Source of the DNA: Blastocatellia bacterium | Lineage (GTDB): Bacteria > Acidobacteriota > Blastocatellia > UBA7656 | Reading direction: 5' to 3' | Length of the DNA: 64,000 nt | NCBI GenBank assembly: GCA_963765495.1 | Contig: CAVXWP010000008.1 | Location: forward strand, 672,001-736,000 | Shown: in pieces, positions 36,169 to 46,765 of the stretch | Layout: each line of letters begins with the position of its first letter | Numbering within the stretch: the first letter of the stretch is position 1 | Position numbers and translations under genes: made by a program | The notes under the pieces: generated by a model | What the model saw: the letters and a program-made list of their open reading frames with translations, nothing else | The model's database searches: none | What the model was told of the DNA's origin: nothing

Positions 36169-38550
36169 ATGTTGAAAAAGTTTTTGTTCGCCCTTTTGAT
36201 CACGTCATCGGTTGTCGCCACGGCGACGGCTCAGGAAGTCGAAGTTGATCGGTACAATATTACCGCTCGAATAGATTTAAACACGTCAACGCTTGAAACC
36301 AGGGCTGCGCTCACAGTTTCTAATCTCGGCCAGACACCAAAATCAAGACTCTACTTCAGACTGAATAAACTCGCCAAGGTCACATCGGCCACTGTCAACG
36401 GGGCCTCCGCAAAAGTGGATACAAGCGATGATCGACGCGTGACCGCTCTCTCTCAGGTGATAGTCACACCCGCAAGCCCGCTCGCCCCCGGAGCAAAGGC
36501 TACTGTCGAGATCAGCTACAATATTCAGGTACCGGAATCTACGGTACTTACGGCGGTTGATCCGGGCGAAGTAGTTATGACGCCCGATTCCGTGTGGTTT
36601 CCAATGCCTTCGACAATGTTTACTATCTATGGGGCAACGACAGCCCCCTTTACCTTGACCGTAACCGCTCCTTCGGGAATGAGGGCGGCATCCTCGGGCG
36701 CGTTCAAAAGTGAAGGCCAAAATATTTCGTTCGATCAAACTCTTAATTCACTTCCCTTCCTTATAGCCAGCGGTTTCGATCAACCGGAAAGCTCAGATCA
36801 AGGCGGCGTCAAGCTTGGTATCTTCGTGCAGCAGTCAGCCGATGCCGCAGAGACCGCAAAAGCCAACCCCGCAAGCACTCTCGCTCGCGAGCAGGTCGCG
36901 CGACTCAGAGATGAGAGCGGACATATCATAGCTTTTCTCACAAAGACACTCGGGCCTCCGCCAACAGGCGCGACCTTTAATATCATCTCGTCAGCCCGAC
37001 TTGGCTCACTGGCCGTTTCTGGCGCTGTAGTTTTAAGCGAACGCGTGTTTCGCCAGTCAACGCTCGATGCCGGAACCATCGAATTGTTAGCCGATGCGAT
37101 TGCGCGCTCGTGGATAGATGGGCGCGTTCGTCTGCGAGGTCAGGAGGCTCAAACCGACGACTCCGGTCGCCAGTCTCAAACCGCTCGCAGCTCCGCTCTT
37201 TTACGCGATTCTCTTCCGCGTTACCTCGCGGCCCTTTATATCGAGGATCATTACGGCAAGGAGGCGGGACAATTATCCTTCGCTCGAATGCGGTGGAGTT
37301 ATACGCCGATAGCCCAGGCCCATCGAGATGCCGAAATGGACATTCAGACGCCTCTGTTCCCTAGCTATGCGTCTGCGGTTTTCTCAAAAGGCCCGCTTGT
37401 GTTGAGGCTTCTGGCTCAGGCAGGTGGTCGCGAGAAGTTAATCGGCGCGGTCAAACAGGTGTTTGCCGGGCCGCAAACAAAGGTCGTCAACATCGAAGAT
37501 TTTCATGATGCGCTCGTAAAGGCGACTGGCCCCGATGTAGCAAAGCTCTATGAGCAGTGGGTCAACACAATAGTTGAGCCGGATATTTTAATAGGCATAC
37601 CCCTTCCCGGAGACAGTCCCGGCACACAAAAGGTCAATCTGCGCAACCTCGGCACTGGAGATTTAATTGTGCCGGTGCTTGCGGTCACAGCTTCGGGCAA
37701 ACAATTAACGGCGAATGCCTCCGTTCCGTCCGAAGATATAGCATCCATAAATTTTCAAACCTCTGAGAAGATTTCATGGGTCGAAGCGGACCCGGAAAAG
37801 CTACTAATCCAAACCGACTATGACAACGACAGAAAACCTGTGCAGTTATCGGAACAGACTGTTCTGGCCGAAAGCATCGCCGCCTTTAACAAAGGGGATT
37901 ACAAGGATGCCGAAAGCAAGCTGAGAGAAGGCATAAAAAATTATCCCGACAACCCGATGCTGCACGCCTGGTTTGCGAGGGCGCTTGCGGCTTCAAACAA
38001 GCCGGACGAGGCCGCCACAGAAGCGAACGCCGCGATAAAGATTACGCCTCCGATGGGTGCGGCTCTGACCTGGGCGCACATATCTCTGGGACAGATCGCC
38101 ATGACAAAAGCCCAGCCTGCTCAGGCAGTCGAATACCTGCGGCGAGCAGTCGCCGAAGCTGTCGAGGCTCCTGCTCAGTATGCATCACGTCAAGAACTGA
38201 TAAAGGCAGAACGGGCTGCCAACATCACTCCGCAAGTCGAAGAATCGCTGCGGACTTTTATAGCTCGACTCGATACCTTGATGAAGCAGCCATCTTCGGA
38301 CGAACTCTTCAAACTCATAAGTCGAAATAACATGAAGCAATTCGTACAGAGAGTGGCCGTCACTCCCCCCACTGCATGGACGACCGAAATCCTTCGCGTA
38401 GAATACCCCGATGCCAATCACGCAATCCTCGACGTAGGCCTGAAGGTAACAGCCGGTAACAGAAACCAATCCGGCACGGCTGTTTACATTCTTCACCGCG
38501 CGGGTTCCGGCTGGATGCTGGATGATGTGCAGTTGTTTAATGTCAATTAG
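36169..38550 (+). CDS. Exported M1-aminopeptidase-fold protein with TPR repeats, zinc motif degenerate
   Basis: Signal peptide, M1-like N-terminal beta domain (YNITARID, WFP), DAIARSW at the HEXXH position, VFSKGPLVLRLL, TPR region. Confidence 0.65.
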   Translation: MLKKFLFALLITSSVVATATAQEVEVDRYNITARIDLNTSTLETRAALTVSNLGQTPKSRLYFRLNKLAKVTSATVNGASAKVDTSDDRRVTALSQVIVTPASPLAPGAKATVEISYNIQVPESTVLTAVDPGEVVMTPDSVWFPMPSTMFTIYGATTAPFTLTVTAPSGMRAASSGAFKSEGQNISFDQTLNSLPFLIASGFDQPESSDQGGVKLGIFVQQSADAAETAKANPASTLAREQVARLRDESGHIIAFLTKTLGPPPTGATFNIISSARLGSLAVSGAVVLSERVFRQSTLDAGTIELLADAIARSWIDGRVRLRGQEAQTDDSGRQSQTARSSALLRDSLPRYLAALYIEDHYGKEAGQLSFARMRWSYTPIAQAHRDAEMDIQTPLFPSYASAVFSKGPLVLRLLAQAGGREKLIGAVKQVFAGPQTKVVNIEDFHDALVKATGPDVAKLYEQWVNTIVEPDILIGIPLPGDSPGTQKVNLRNLGTGDLIVPVLAVTASGKQLTANASVPSEDIASINFQTSEKISWVEADPEKLLIQTDYDNDRKPVQLSEQTVLAESIAAFNKGDYKDAESKLREGIKNYPDNPMLHAWFARALAASNKPDEAATEANAAIKITPPMGAALTWAHISLGQIAMTKAQPAQAVEYLRRAVAEAVEAPAQYASRQELIKAERAANITPQVEESLRTFIARLDTLMKQPSSDELFKLISRNNMKQFVQRVAVTPPTAWTTEILRVEYPDANHAILDVGLKVTAGNRNQSGTAVYILHRAGSGWMLDDVQLFNVN

Positions 38551-39720
38551 ATGAAAAAAAACTCGGGCGCAATACTACTCGTTATCGCATTCTTTCTCAT
38601 CCTGGTTGCGCTCAATTTCTTCTTTTTTGTAGAGACGGGCGCACCCAAAGAGGATGAGCGTACCGGTAGCCGATCTTCTTACAGTTCTACTCCTTACGGC
38701 ACGCTCGCCTACTACACCCTGCTCGAAGAGAACGGATATCCGGTAATACGCCTCAAAGTTCCTTTCACCGACCTCAAGAAACATCCTGAGATTGACACAC
38801 TGATTATGATCTCTGTTCCGAATCAATCAAATCCCGAGGCAGACGAGTACAAGAGTCTGACCGAATGGGTTGAGGCGGGAGGGCGGCTAATAATCATTGA
38901 CCGCGAAATCGTTCTCGACTTCGATCAGGCGCAGGTGGCTACGCAGTGGGGCGGCTTTAAAACCGATGTGCGACCAATGCAACCGTCGCTTCTTACATTG
39001 GGGGTGAAAAATATTGAGCTGACCGAATATGCCACCCGGCTAAAGATTGAAAACGGCTCGGTTACCTACCATCTCGGATACGATGAAGGAGTGGTGCTGG
39101 CGGATATGAATTTAGGCGAAGGCCGCATAGTAATGCTCACAGAGCCCTTCATAGTAGCCAACAACGGAATTTCACACGCCGATAATGTGACCCTCGCGTT
39201 AAATCTGGTGGCGGGCGGCGGCGGCGGAGAGATCGCATTCGATGAATATCACCATGGCTACGGCGCATCGTCCTCGGGCGGCTTGATGGACTATTTTCGA
39301 GGCACACCCGTTCCGTGGATGATGGCTCAGGCAGGGCTGATGATTTTGCTGATCGTCTACACCTACGGTCGCAGATTCACCCGCCCGATCCCGTTAAGAC
39401 GCGAAAGGCGGACTACAAATCTGGAATTCGTCTCTTCGATGGGGAACATAGCCATGCTTGCCAACGCCACCGATCTTGCTATGCAGGGGATTTACACGGA
39501 ATTCAGGAAACGATTGTGCCGGTACTGCGGGCTTCCATCAAAGGTGGAGACGAGCAAACTCGCGGCAACAGCAGCCAGACGCTCGACGGTTGACGAAAGG
39601 GTTTTGAGAGATTTGCTTATGCGATGTGAACGGGTCGAGCGCGGCGCGCCTACGGGCGATGCCGAATTGCTGCGTCTGGTTTCGCGGATTCGCGAGATTG
39701 AAACCGCTCTTAAGCTTTGA
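38551..39720 (+). CDS. DUF4350 domain membrane protein
   Basis: N-terminal TM, SSYSSTPYGTLAYY, WVEAGGRLII, NNGISHADN, IAFDEYHHG, second TM, GRRF..P, EFVSSMG. Confidence 0.8.
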   Translation: MKKNSGAILLVIAFFLILVALNFFFFVETGAPKEDERTGSRSSYSSTPYGTLAYYTLLEENGYPVIRLKVPFTDLKKHPEIDTLIMISVPNQSNPEADEYKSLTEWVEAGGRLIIIDREIVLDFDQAQVATQWGGFKTDVRPMQPSLLTLGVKNIELTEYATRLKIENGSVTYHLGYDEGVVLADMNLGEGRIVMLTEPFIVANNGISHADNVTLALNLVAGGGGGEIAFDEYHHGYGASSSGGLMDYFRGTPVPWMMAQAGLMILLIVYTYGRRFTRPIPLRRERRTTNLEFVSSMGNIAMLANATDLAMQGIYTEFRKRLCRYCGLPSKVETSKLAATAARRSTVDERVLRDLLMRCERVERGAPTGDAELLRLVSRIREIETALKL

Positions 39721-39733
39721 GGGAAAGTTCTTT

Positions 39734-39830
39734 TGATTCGTGATTCGTGATCCGTGATTTTTTTCAGGAAGGCCCCAATTAAAAGGTCCTTGCAAGTCCG
39801 GTAAATCACACATCACGTTTCACGCATCAC
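39734..39830. repeat. Inverted heptamer-array element, (TGATTCG)x4 ... (GCATCAC)x4
   Basis: Left arm tgattcg tgattcg tgatccg tgatttt; right arm aaatcac acatcac gtttcac gcatcac; between convergent genes. Confidence 0.7.
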
Positions 39831-39837
39831 CCTAAAC

Positions 39838-41016
39838 TTAGCGCTCAACGGCCACGGCAACCGCATTGCCTCCGCCAAGACACAGTGCCGCAAGCCCGCG
39901 CCGCACGTCGCGCCGCTGCATCTCGTAAAGCAATGTCACAAGAAGTCGCGCACCGCTGGCTCCAATTGGATGCCCAAGCGCGACAGCGCCACCGTTCACA
40001 TTCAACCTGGCAGGGTCCAGCCCTAACTCGCGTGTGATGGCAACGGCCTGTACGGCGAAGGCTTCGTTTAACTCTATCAAATCAACATCGGAAAGATTCC
40101 AGCCTGCGCGCTCAAGCGTCTTTTGGATTGCAATGACCGGGGCCATCATCACAAGTTTAGGCTCTATGCCGCTTGAAGCCTGCGCGATTATCCGAGCCAT
40201 CGGATTCCGTCCCAGCCTTCGGGCAGTCTCAGACGATGTGACGACGACGGCAGCGGCTCCGTCATTAACGGGAGGCGCGTTTCCTGCCGTCACTGTCCCG
40301 CCTTCTTTGAAGGCCGGTTTTAATCGAGCGAGCGCCTCAAGCGTTGTATCCTCCCTCGGAGTTTCGTCCTGACGGATTATGAGAGACGGGCCCTTTTTCT
40401 GAGGAATCTCAACAGGCACTATCTCATCATCAAATCGCCCCTCCTTCATCGCCGCTACTGCCTTGCGGTGCGAGTTCAGCGCGTACTCGTCCTGTTCTTC
40501 ACGCGATACGTCGTAGCGTTCGGCGACGACTTCTCCTGTGCACCCCATATGCCAGTCATCAAAGGCGCACCACAGACCGTCTCCAATCATCGAGTCAATC
40601 AACTCGCCATTGCCGAGCCTGTAACCCTCCCGCGCACCCTTTAGCAGGTACGGCGCGTTTGTCATTGATTCCATGCCGCCTGCGACCGCCAGTTCGATCT
40701 CCCCAACCTTGATCCCGTTTGAGGCAAGCATCACTGCTCTCAATCCCGACCCACACACCTTATTTATAGTCAACGCCGACACGGCATCGGGAATGCCTGC
40801 GCGCAAGGCAACCTGACGAGCGGGGTTCTGCCCGTTGCCTGCCTGCACTACGTTCCCCATGATGACTTCCTGGACTTCGGCAGAATCAATTCCCGCCCTC
40901 TCGATTGCGGCTCGCGCGGCTATGACGCCAAGGTCTATGGCGCTGAAACTCTTGAGCGCCCCCATAAGCTTTCCAACCGGCGTCCTCGCCCCTGATAGTA
41001 TTACCGTATCTTTCAT
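39838..41016 (-). CDS. atoB: Acetyl-CoA C-acetyltransferase (thiolase)
   Basis: [32 protein letters not shown] motifs; GGAGG RBS. Confidence 0.93.
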   Translation of the reverse strand: MKDTVILSGARTPVGKLMGALKSFSAIDLGVIAARAAIERAGIDSAEVQEVIMGNVVQAGNGQNPARQVALRAGIPDAVSALTINKVCGSGLRAVMLASNGIKVGEIELAVAGGMESMTNAPYLLKGAREGYRLGNGELIDSMIGDGLWCAFDDWHMGCTGEVVAERYDVSREEQDEYALNSHRKAVAAMKEGRFDDEIVPVEIPQKKGPSLIIRQDETPREDTTLEALARLKPAFKEGGTVTAGNAPPVNDGAAAVVVTSSETARRLGRNPMARIIAQASSGIEPKLVMMAPVIAIQKTLERAGWNLSDVDLIELNEAFAVQAVAITRELGLDPARLNVNGGAVALGHPIGASGARLLVTLLYEMQRRDVRRGLAALCLGGGNAVAVAVER

Positions 41017-41195
41017 GACATTTACCTCCAAAACATCGCGAGCCATTATCAAATATTTTCCAAATGCCCGAAATTCGATTATAGGAGTGGGGACCGGCCC
41101 GCGCAAGAACCGCTCCATTTGTCAAACCCGGGTCTCGGTGATAAACTTCAAAGACTCTTGGAACGACTAAAACCGAACAGGAGTATAACTAACGA

Positions 41196-42239
41196 ATGCA
41201 GTCACTTATTTTGGCGGGCGGAAAAGGCACGCGCCTCAGACCGCTCACAATGCATACCCCAAAGCCGATAGTGCCCATTGCCAATCACCCTTTCCTGCAA
41301 TACCAGTTGGAATTGCTCAGGCGGGCTGACATACGCGACGTTATACTGTCGCTCTCGTATCAACCACAGAAGATCGAAGACAAATTTACCGACGGCACCG
41401 ACCACAACGTGAGGATAAGCTACACGGTTGAGGCTTCTCCGTTAGGCACGGCAGGAGCTTACCGCAACGCGGCCGGGTTGATACGCGAGACCACTGTCGT
41501 CTTTAACGGCGATGTGCTCACTGACATAGACCTCAGCGATGTGATCAAGTACCACAGGGAGCGCAATGCTGTGGCCACTATTGTTCTGACGCCTGTCGCA
41601 AATCCCACGGCTTATGGGCTGGTCGAAACCAGGGAAGATGGACGGGTGCAGCGCTTTCTTGAAAAGCCGTCTCCCGATGAAGTGACCTGTGACACGATCA
41701 ATGCGGGGATTTACGTGCTCGAACCGGGAGTGCTCGACCTTATACCTGAAGGCGAGCAATTTATGTTCGAATATGGTGTCTTCCCCAGGCTTCTTGAAAA
41801 GGGCGATCCCTTCTTTGGCTATATATGGCGCGGTTATTGGAGAGATATAGGGACATCAGCAAGTTATCTCCAGGCGAATCTCGATGTGATCAATGGCCGC
41901 ATCAATCTGCTTGATTCGCTTGGCGGCACTCGCGGCGAGAAATTTGACGAAACGGCTGAAATTGATTCGATCTCGGTCGTTGATCCAAGCTGCACAGTAA
42001 AGGCGGGCGCTCAAATCATCAACTCGGTGATAAGCCGCAATTGTTATATCGAAGAGCGCGCGCGAATCGAAAACTCGGTCGTCCGAGGAGGCACCCGAAT
42101 TGGCCAGGGCGCTACGGTAACAGATGCGATTGTGGGAAAAAGCTGTCACATCGGGCGGGTGGTCACAGTAGCAAGCAGAGCCGTTCTCGGAGATAAATCG
42201 GTTCTCACCGATTACAGCCAAATTGGCGACGCACAGTAG
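41196..42239 (+). CDS. NDP-sugar pyrophosphorylase (mannose-1-phosphate guanylyltransferase-like)
   Basis: ILAGGKGTRLRPLT..PKP, PLGTAG, NGDVL, FLEKP, WRDIGT, C-terminal hexapeptide beta-helix. Confidence 0.9.
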   Translation: MQSLILAGGKGTRLRPLTMHTPKPIVPIANHPFLQYQLELLRRADIRDVILSLSYQPQKIEDKFTDGTDHNVRISYTVEASPLGTAGAYRNAAGLIRETTVVFNGDVLTDIDLSDVIKYHRERNAVATIVLTPVANPTAYGLVETREDGRVQRFLEKPSPDEVTCDTINAGIYVLEPGVLDLIPEGEQFMFEYGVFPRLLEKGDPFFGYIWRGYWRDIGTSASYLQANLDVINGRINLLDSLGGTRGEKFDETAEIDSISVVDPSCTVKAGAQIINSVISRNCYIEERARIENSVVRGGTRIGQGATVTDAIVGKSCHIGRVVTVASRAVLGDKSVLTDYSQIGDAQ

Positions 42240-42286
42240 ACTGAACCCGACAGGTGACTGGTGACAGGTTAGAGGGAGTAAGGCCG

Positions 42287-43384
42287 ATGGATGACAAAAC
42301 CCTGTCGCCTGGACGTATCCTTATTCGAGTGCCAAACTGGGTAGGCGATGCGGTAATGGCTGTTCCCGCATTGAGAGAATTTCGCCGCATCTTTGCTTCT
42401 TCACGAATCACGCTTCTCGCAAGACCCTGGGTGGCCGGGCTGTTCGATGGCGAAGCCCTCTCAGATGATGTCGTCATTATTGAAGACGCGCGAGGCTTCA
42501 AAAGAAGCGCAAGGCAATTCCTGAGCACAGCCCGACGACTCCGCCGGGAACGATACGACCTTGCCATACTCCTTCAAAACGCATTTGGCGCGGCACTGCT
42601 CGCACGCGCTGCCGGAGCACGCACCATCGCGGGTTATCCAACCGATGGGCGGCGGGCGTTGCTTGATCACATCATTCAATTCGATCCTGAGTACAAGTCT
42701 AAACATCAGGTCTGCTACTACCTGAATATCGCATCACAACTTGAAGAGAAGCTCTTTGGCGCAAGCCGCATTGAATGTAAAAACGCAAATCCCAATCTGA
42801 TCGTTACCGAAGAACAAAAGCGGCGGGCGCGTACAAAAATCAAAGGGCAGGCCATTGGTGCGGGATGGCCTGAACCGCCCGCGCCTTTAAGGATTGTTGT
42901 CATAAATCCGGGCGCGACAAACAGCCGCGCAAAGCAGTGGCCGGCTGAGAGGTTTGCCGAAGCGGCTGACAATCTTTATGAACGGGACGGCTTTCAAGCG
43001 GTGATAGTCGGAGCGGGCCGAGATGTCGAAGTCGCCGAAAAAGTGAGGCGGCTTATGCGCTCAAAGGCCGCGCAACTCGCGGGTCAAACAGAGATTTCGG
43101 AACTCAAAGCCGTACTTGCCTGCGCTTCTCTTGTGATTTCGAATGATACCGGAACGGCTCACGTCTCTGCCGCGCTCGGCATCCCTACAGTCGTAGTCTT
43201 CGGGCCAACCGAACATATCTCTACACGCCCCCTCTCCGATACATCTGTCGTGGTTCGCCACGATGTCGAGTGCTCGCCCTGCATGCTCCGAGATTGCCCC
43301 ATAGACCATAGATGCATGACCGGCGTGCAGGTGAGCGATGTTTATCGCGCGGCTCAAAGCCTGCTTGCAAGCGCCGCGAGATAG
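42287..43384 (+). CDS. waaF: Lipopolysaccharide heptosyltransferase II
   Basis: PNWVGDAVMA, INPGA....AKQWP, SNDTG.AH, VVFGPT, CSPC..R.CP..H.CM. Confidence 0.9.
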   Translation: MDDKTLSPGRILIRVPNWVGDAVMAVPALREFRRIFASSRITLLARPWVAGLFDGEALSDDVVIIEDARGFKRSARQFLSTARRLRRERYDLAILLQNAFGAALLARAAGARTIAGYPTDGRRALLDHIIQFDPEYKSKHQVCYYLNIASQLEEKLFGASRIECKNANPNLIVTEEQKRRARTKIKGQAIGAGWPEPPAPLRIVVINPGATNSRAKQWPAERFAEAADNLYERDGFQAVIVGAGRDVEVAEKVRRLMRSKAAQLAGQTEISELKAVLACASLVISNDTGTAHVSAALGIPTVVVFGPTEHISTRPLSDTSVVVRHDVECSPCMLRDCPIDHRCMTGVQVSDVYRAAQSLLASAAR

Positions 43385-43420
43385 ACGGGACCAGTGAAAT
43401 CAAATTGATTTGGAAAGTTC

Positions 43421-46400
43421 TCAATCAAACAGCGCATCATAAATAGCGCGTATCGTTGCGGTGTGGTTTGAGTACTCCGCCTCAAGCCGGGCAATCGAAT
43501 CCACATCAAGGGCGCGAGCAATGTCTCGCATCGCAGTGTTTGAATCCGGGAACACAGGTCCGGGACGTTCAAGCAACAGTCTAATCCAGTGATCTATTTT
43601 TCTGAGGAATGAATAGCCTTCAACGAGAACACTTGAAGATTCCAGATCGAGCGAGCCTACCTCTCCAAGGTGGGCTATTAATCGGGTTGTGCCGCGCTCT
43701 GTGGGATAAGAGATTCGGTCGCGGAGTTGCAAATACCTAGTTATAAAATAGACATCCGTCATTCCCCCCCGGCCCCACTTGATGTTTCGCGGGTTTGAAC
43801 TGGCCTTCTCTTTTTCGAGCCGTGCCCTCATCAACGAGAGTTCTTCTTTTAATGAGTCATAGCGCGATGCGCTATTAAAAATGGCCTCACAGATCGAGGT
43901 CCGCGCTCGCCGGCCGAACTCTGGATTACCAGCCGCCTCTCGCACTTTCAAGTAGGCGGAAAGTTCCCAGGCAGAGGCTCGCTCCGAAAGGTACAAGATC
44001 AGGCTGCTCAACCCTTGAGCCAGAGGACCGCTTTTCCCATCCGGTCTTAGCCTCAAGTCCACCCGATACAAAAACCCTTCGCGTGTAACCGTTGAAAGAA
44101 TTCTGACGAGATGTGTAGTCAGGTCCGCAAAAAACTCCTGTGGCGAGCCAAAGACTGACGCCGAGCGTTTCTCATCAACGCCTTCGATGCGGGGCGGCCA
44201 CTCGGCCTGATCATCATAGACTATGAGAAGATCCATATCCGAGCCGTGGTCCATACCGCTGTGACCGAGCCTGCCAAGCGCGAGGATCGCAAAAGGCAAT
44301 TTCGAAGTATCCGCCCCAAATATGCCAAGCGATTTGAGCGCAATCTCCGTAGCGATATGTAGAGTCGCTTCAGCCAGCGCCGTCTGTTCCAGATTGCTTT
44401 CGCGCAGGCGGACCAGATAAGGGGCCGGGGGTCGGGGGTAGGGGGCCGGGGTGAAACCGGGCGTGATGAACTTTTCATTCGAATCAGAATTTGAGATAGA
44501 AGCGGAATTAACAAGGTCGTGGCCTGAATCCGAACCGGCCCCCGGCCCCCGGCCCCTGGCCCCCATCATATCTCGGCTGCCAATTTCGATGACCTGCCGA
44601 TGCCAGCTCCGACGCAGGGCATCGGCCTCAGAACCCGGATTTTCCGAGCCTAAGACAGATGCTTTCATTATCTCGAAAAACCCTTTTGTCGTTAGCGTCT
44701 TCTTCTCTTCTACCAATACAGACGCGAGGGAGGGGCGTGAAATCATCAGGTGCGACAGATAGGGGCTACTCAGGAGGGAGAGCAATTTTTCGAGGAATGT
44801 CGTAGAGTGCGAGTAAGAAAAGATCCATCCGGCAGCTTCTGCATAATCACGTTCATAGGTTGCAAGTGATCCCGCCCAGAATTCGAGGTTGCGTAGCGAC
44901 CGCGCTGGATTTATCGCCAGCTGTAGGGCTGACATTATCATCTCTTTTATGGAATCCCGGGGGGCGGCCCGATGTCGAGCATTCTTACCATTAGCAGAGT
45001 CGAATGCGTCAACTATATTGCCGAGAGTCTTTGAGGCGTGGTTTATGAGCCTGCCGGTTTCATCACCCAGCCTGCTCTCTTTTGCCTCTTGCACGGCGAC
45101 AGGTTGAGGTTCGCTTTCCCCGGAGTTTTCACCAAGGACTCGATCAAAGATGGCGCGTACTGAGGCCGTATGCGCTCTCAAGTCTTTTAAGAAACTCGCT
45201 CCCGGGTCGGGTTCGTTCAAATATCCACATCTACGAGCTACGAGATCAAGACGCTCGCGCCCTACGGGCAGCCTGTGCGTCTGCGCCCCGTGCTCCATCT
45301 GCAATCGATGTTCAACAGTCCTTAGAAAAGAGTAGGCCGATGAGAGACTCGAACGCTCCGATTCGGAGATATAGTTTTTTTCGGCGAGACGGGCCAGAAC
45401 TATCAGGGTTTGCGCCGAACGCACCCAGGGCTCGCGCCCTCCGTGAAGGAGTTGGAGCGCCTGTGCGATGAACTCTATCTCTCTTATCCCTCCGCGCCCA
45501 AGCTTGACATTATATCCTCCGGCTCGCTGAGCCTCTTGACGGTCTATCTTTTCCTTTGCCCTTCTGACATTTCGCAAGGCATCGGGCAGCGCCTTTATTT
45601 TGAAAACATCATCACGGACAAGATCGAGGAATTCGGTTACCACCCGTTCATTTCCCGCCGAGGCGCGCGCGCGGATTAGAGCCTGCCGTTCCCAGCCCTG
45701 AGCCTTATTGCGATAATACTCCGCCGCCTGTTTGATCTCCCATACCAGATCGCCATCACGGCCGTAGGGCCGCAGCCTCAAATCAATTCGGTAAACCGGC
45801 CCCTCCCCGGCATTGCTGCCTATCATCTGAACTACTCTCTCGGCCAGGCTTGTAAAAAACTCTCTGTTGTTTACCACGGAGTCGGGACGTCTGCCGTCTC
45901 CAGCCGTTTCGCCCGCGCCAAGAAAGAGAAAAAACAGGTCAATGTCGGAAGCGTAGTTCAGTTCGCGGCAGCCGAGTTTGCCAAGCGCCACGATAGCGAA
46001 TTCCGCTGGAACGATACGACCGCGCTCATCGCGCGTGGATGGAGCGCCAAAAAGATTTGCGGAATCCTGATAAGCCAGCCCAAGCGAATGGTCGAGTATT
46101 ACATCTGCAAGGTTGGATAGCTCTTCGGTGACCTCAGTAAGGGTGGCGATCCCAAGACAGTCGCGGAGATATATCCTTAATAGCTCCCTCTGCTTAAAGA
46201 GGGCAAGACGAGTGCGGGGGTTGCTCTCAAGGCTTCGCGTGACGAAGCGGGCAAGTTCTTCGGATAACTGCTCATTGGATTTCACCTTATCAAGGTCGCG
46301 TTCGGCCTCGCGCTTGAGCCAGCCTATGTCATCGGGATGGCGTAAGAGGTGCTCGGCAAGAAAAGGGCTATAAGATGCTATCGTGAGCAGGCGCGACAGC

Positions 46401-46537
46401 AGTAGGGGTTCACGCCGGTATCGCCTTGCGCGCTCGGGCCACTGGCTCTCCATTCGGCTTAAGAAGGTAACAGCGCCATCGGGATCAGGAAGCGTTCGAA
46501 CGAATGTATCAATGTCATTGGGTTCCGACTTTGACAT
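43421..46537 (-). CDS. glnE: Glutamine synthetase adenylyltransferase / adenylyl-removing enzyme
   Basis: Two nucleotidyltransferase domains (GKLGCRELNYASDIDL; GRLG...GSDMDL), RIDLRLRP twice, KLGRGGIREIEF. Confidence 0.9.
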   Translation of the reverse strand: MSKSEPNDIDTFVRTLPDPDGAVTFLSRMESQWPERARRYRREPLLLSRLLTIASYSPFLAEHLLRHPDDIGWLKREAERDLDKVKSNEQLSEELARFVTRSLESNPRTRLALFKQRELLRIYLRDCLGIATLTEVTEELSNLADVILDHSLGLAYQDSANLFGAPSTRDERGRIVPAEFAIVALGKLGCRELNYASDIDLFFLFLGAGETAGDGRRPDSVVNNREFFTSLAERVVQMIGSNAGEGPVYRIDLRLRPYGRDGDLVWEIKQAAEYYRNKAQGWERQALIRARASAGNERVVTEFLDLVRDDVFKIKALPDALRNVRRAKEKIDRQEAQRAGGYNVKLGRGGIREIEFIAQALQLLHGGREPWVRSAQTLIVLARLAEKNYISESERSSLSSAYSFLRTVEHRLQMEHGAQTHRLPVGRERLDLVARRCGYLNEPDPGASFLKDLRAHTASVRAIFDRVLGENSGESEPQPVAVQEAKESRLGDETGRLINHASKTLGNIVDAFDSANGKNARHRAAPRDSIKEMIMSALQLAINPARSLRNLEFWAGSLATYERDYAEAAGWIFSYSHSTTFLEKLLSLLSSPYLSHLMISRPSLASVLVEEKKTLTTKGFFEIMKASVLGSENPGSEADALRRSWHRQVIEIGSRDMMGARGRGPGAGSDSGHDLVNSASISNSDSNEKFITPGFTPAPYPRPPAPYLVRLRESNLEQTALAEATLHIATEIALKSLGIFGADTSKLPFAILALGRLGHSGMDHGSDMDLLIVYDDQAEWPPRIEGVDEKRSASVFGSPQEFFADLTTHLVRILSTVTREGFLYRVDLRLRPDGKSGPLAQGLSSLILYLSERASAWELSAYLKVREAAGNPEFGRRARTSICEAIFNSASRYDSLKEELSLMRARLEKEKASSNPRNIKWGRGGMTDVYFITRYLQLRDRISYPTERGTTRLIAHLGEVGSLDLESSSVLVEGYSFLRKIDHWIRLLLERPGPVFPDSNTAMRDIARALDVDSIARLEAEYSNHTATIRAIYDALFD
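44421..44564. repeat. 144 bp inverted heptamer-array element inserted in frame within glnE
   Basis: ggggccg ggggtcg ggggtag ggggccg ... ccggccc ccggccc ccggccc ctggccc; encodes 48 aa GARGRGPGAG...PAPYPRPPAP. Confidence 0.75.
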
Positions 46538-46765
46538 CCTGCCCCTACTCTAGCATACACAGTAGCGGGCTGCGACCACCGAGAGCACAGCGTGCTGGTT
46601 CTGGCCCGATAATCTTCTTTTTTGGATAAAATTCGCAATACGGGTGCATTGCGACAAGCGGGCCGGATATCTTTAATCGAAGTAATATTTTAAGTTTTCG
46701 TTACAGTGCAGGTGCATACTTGCTTTTTCCTCGTATCTAACTGTATCATTAAAAGCTTGCCAGAC

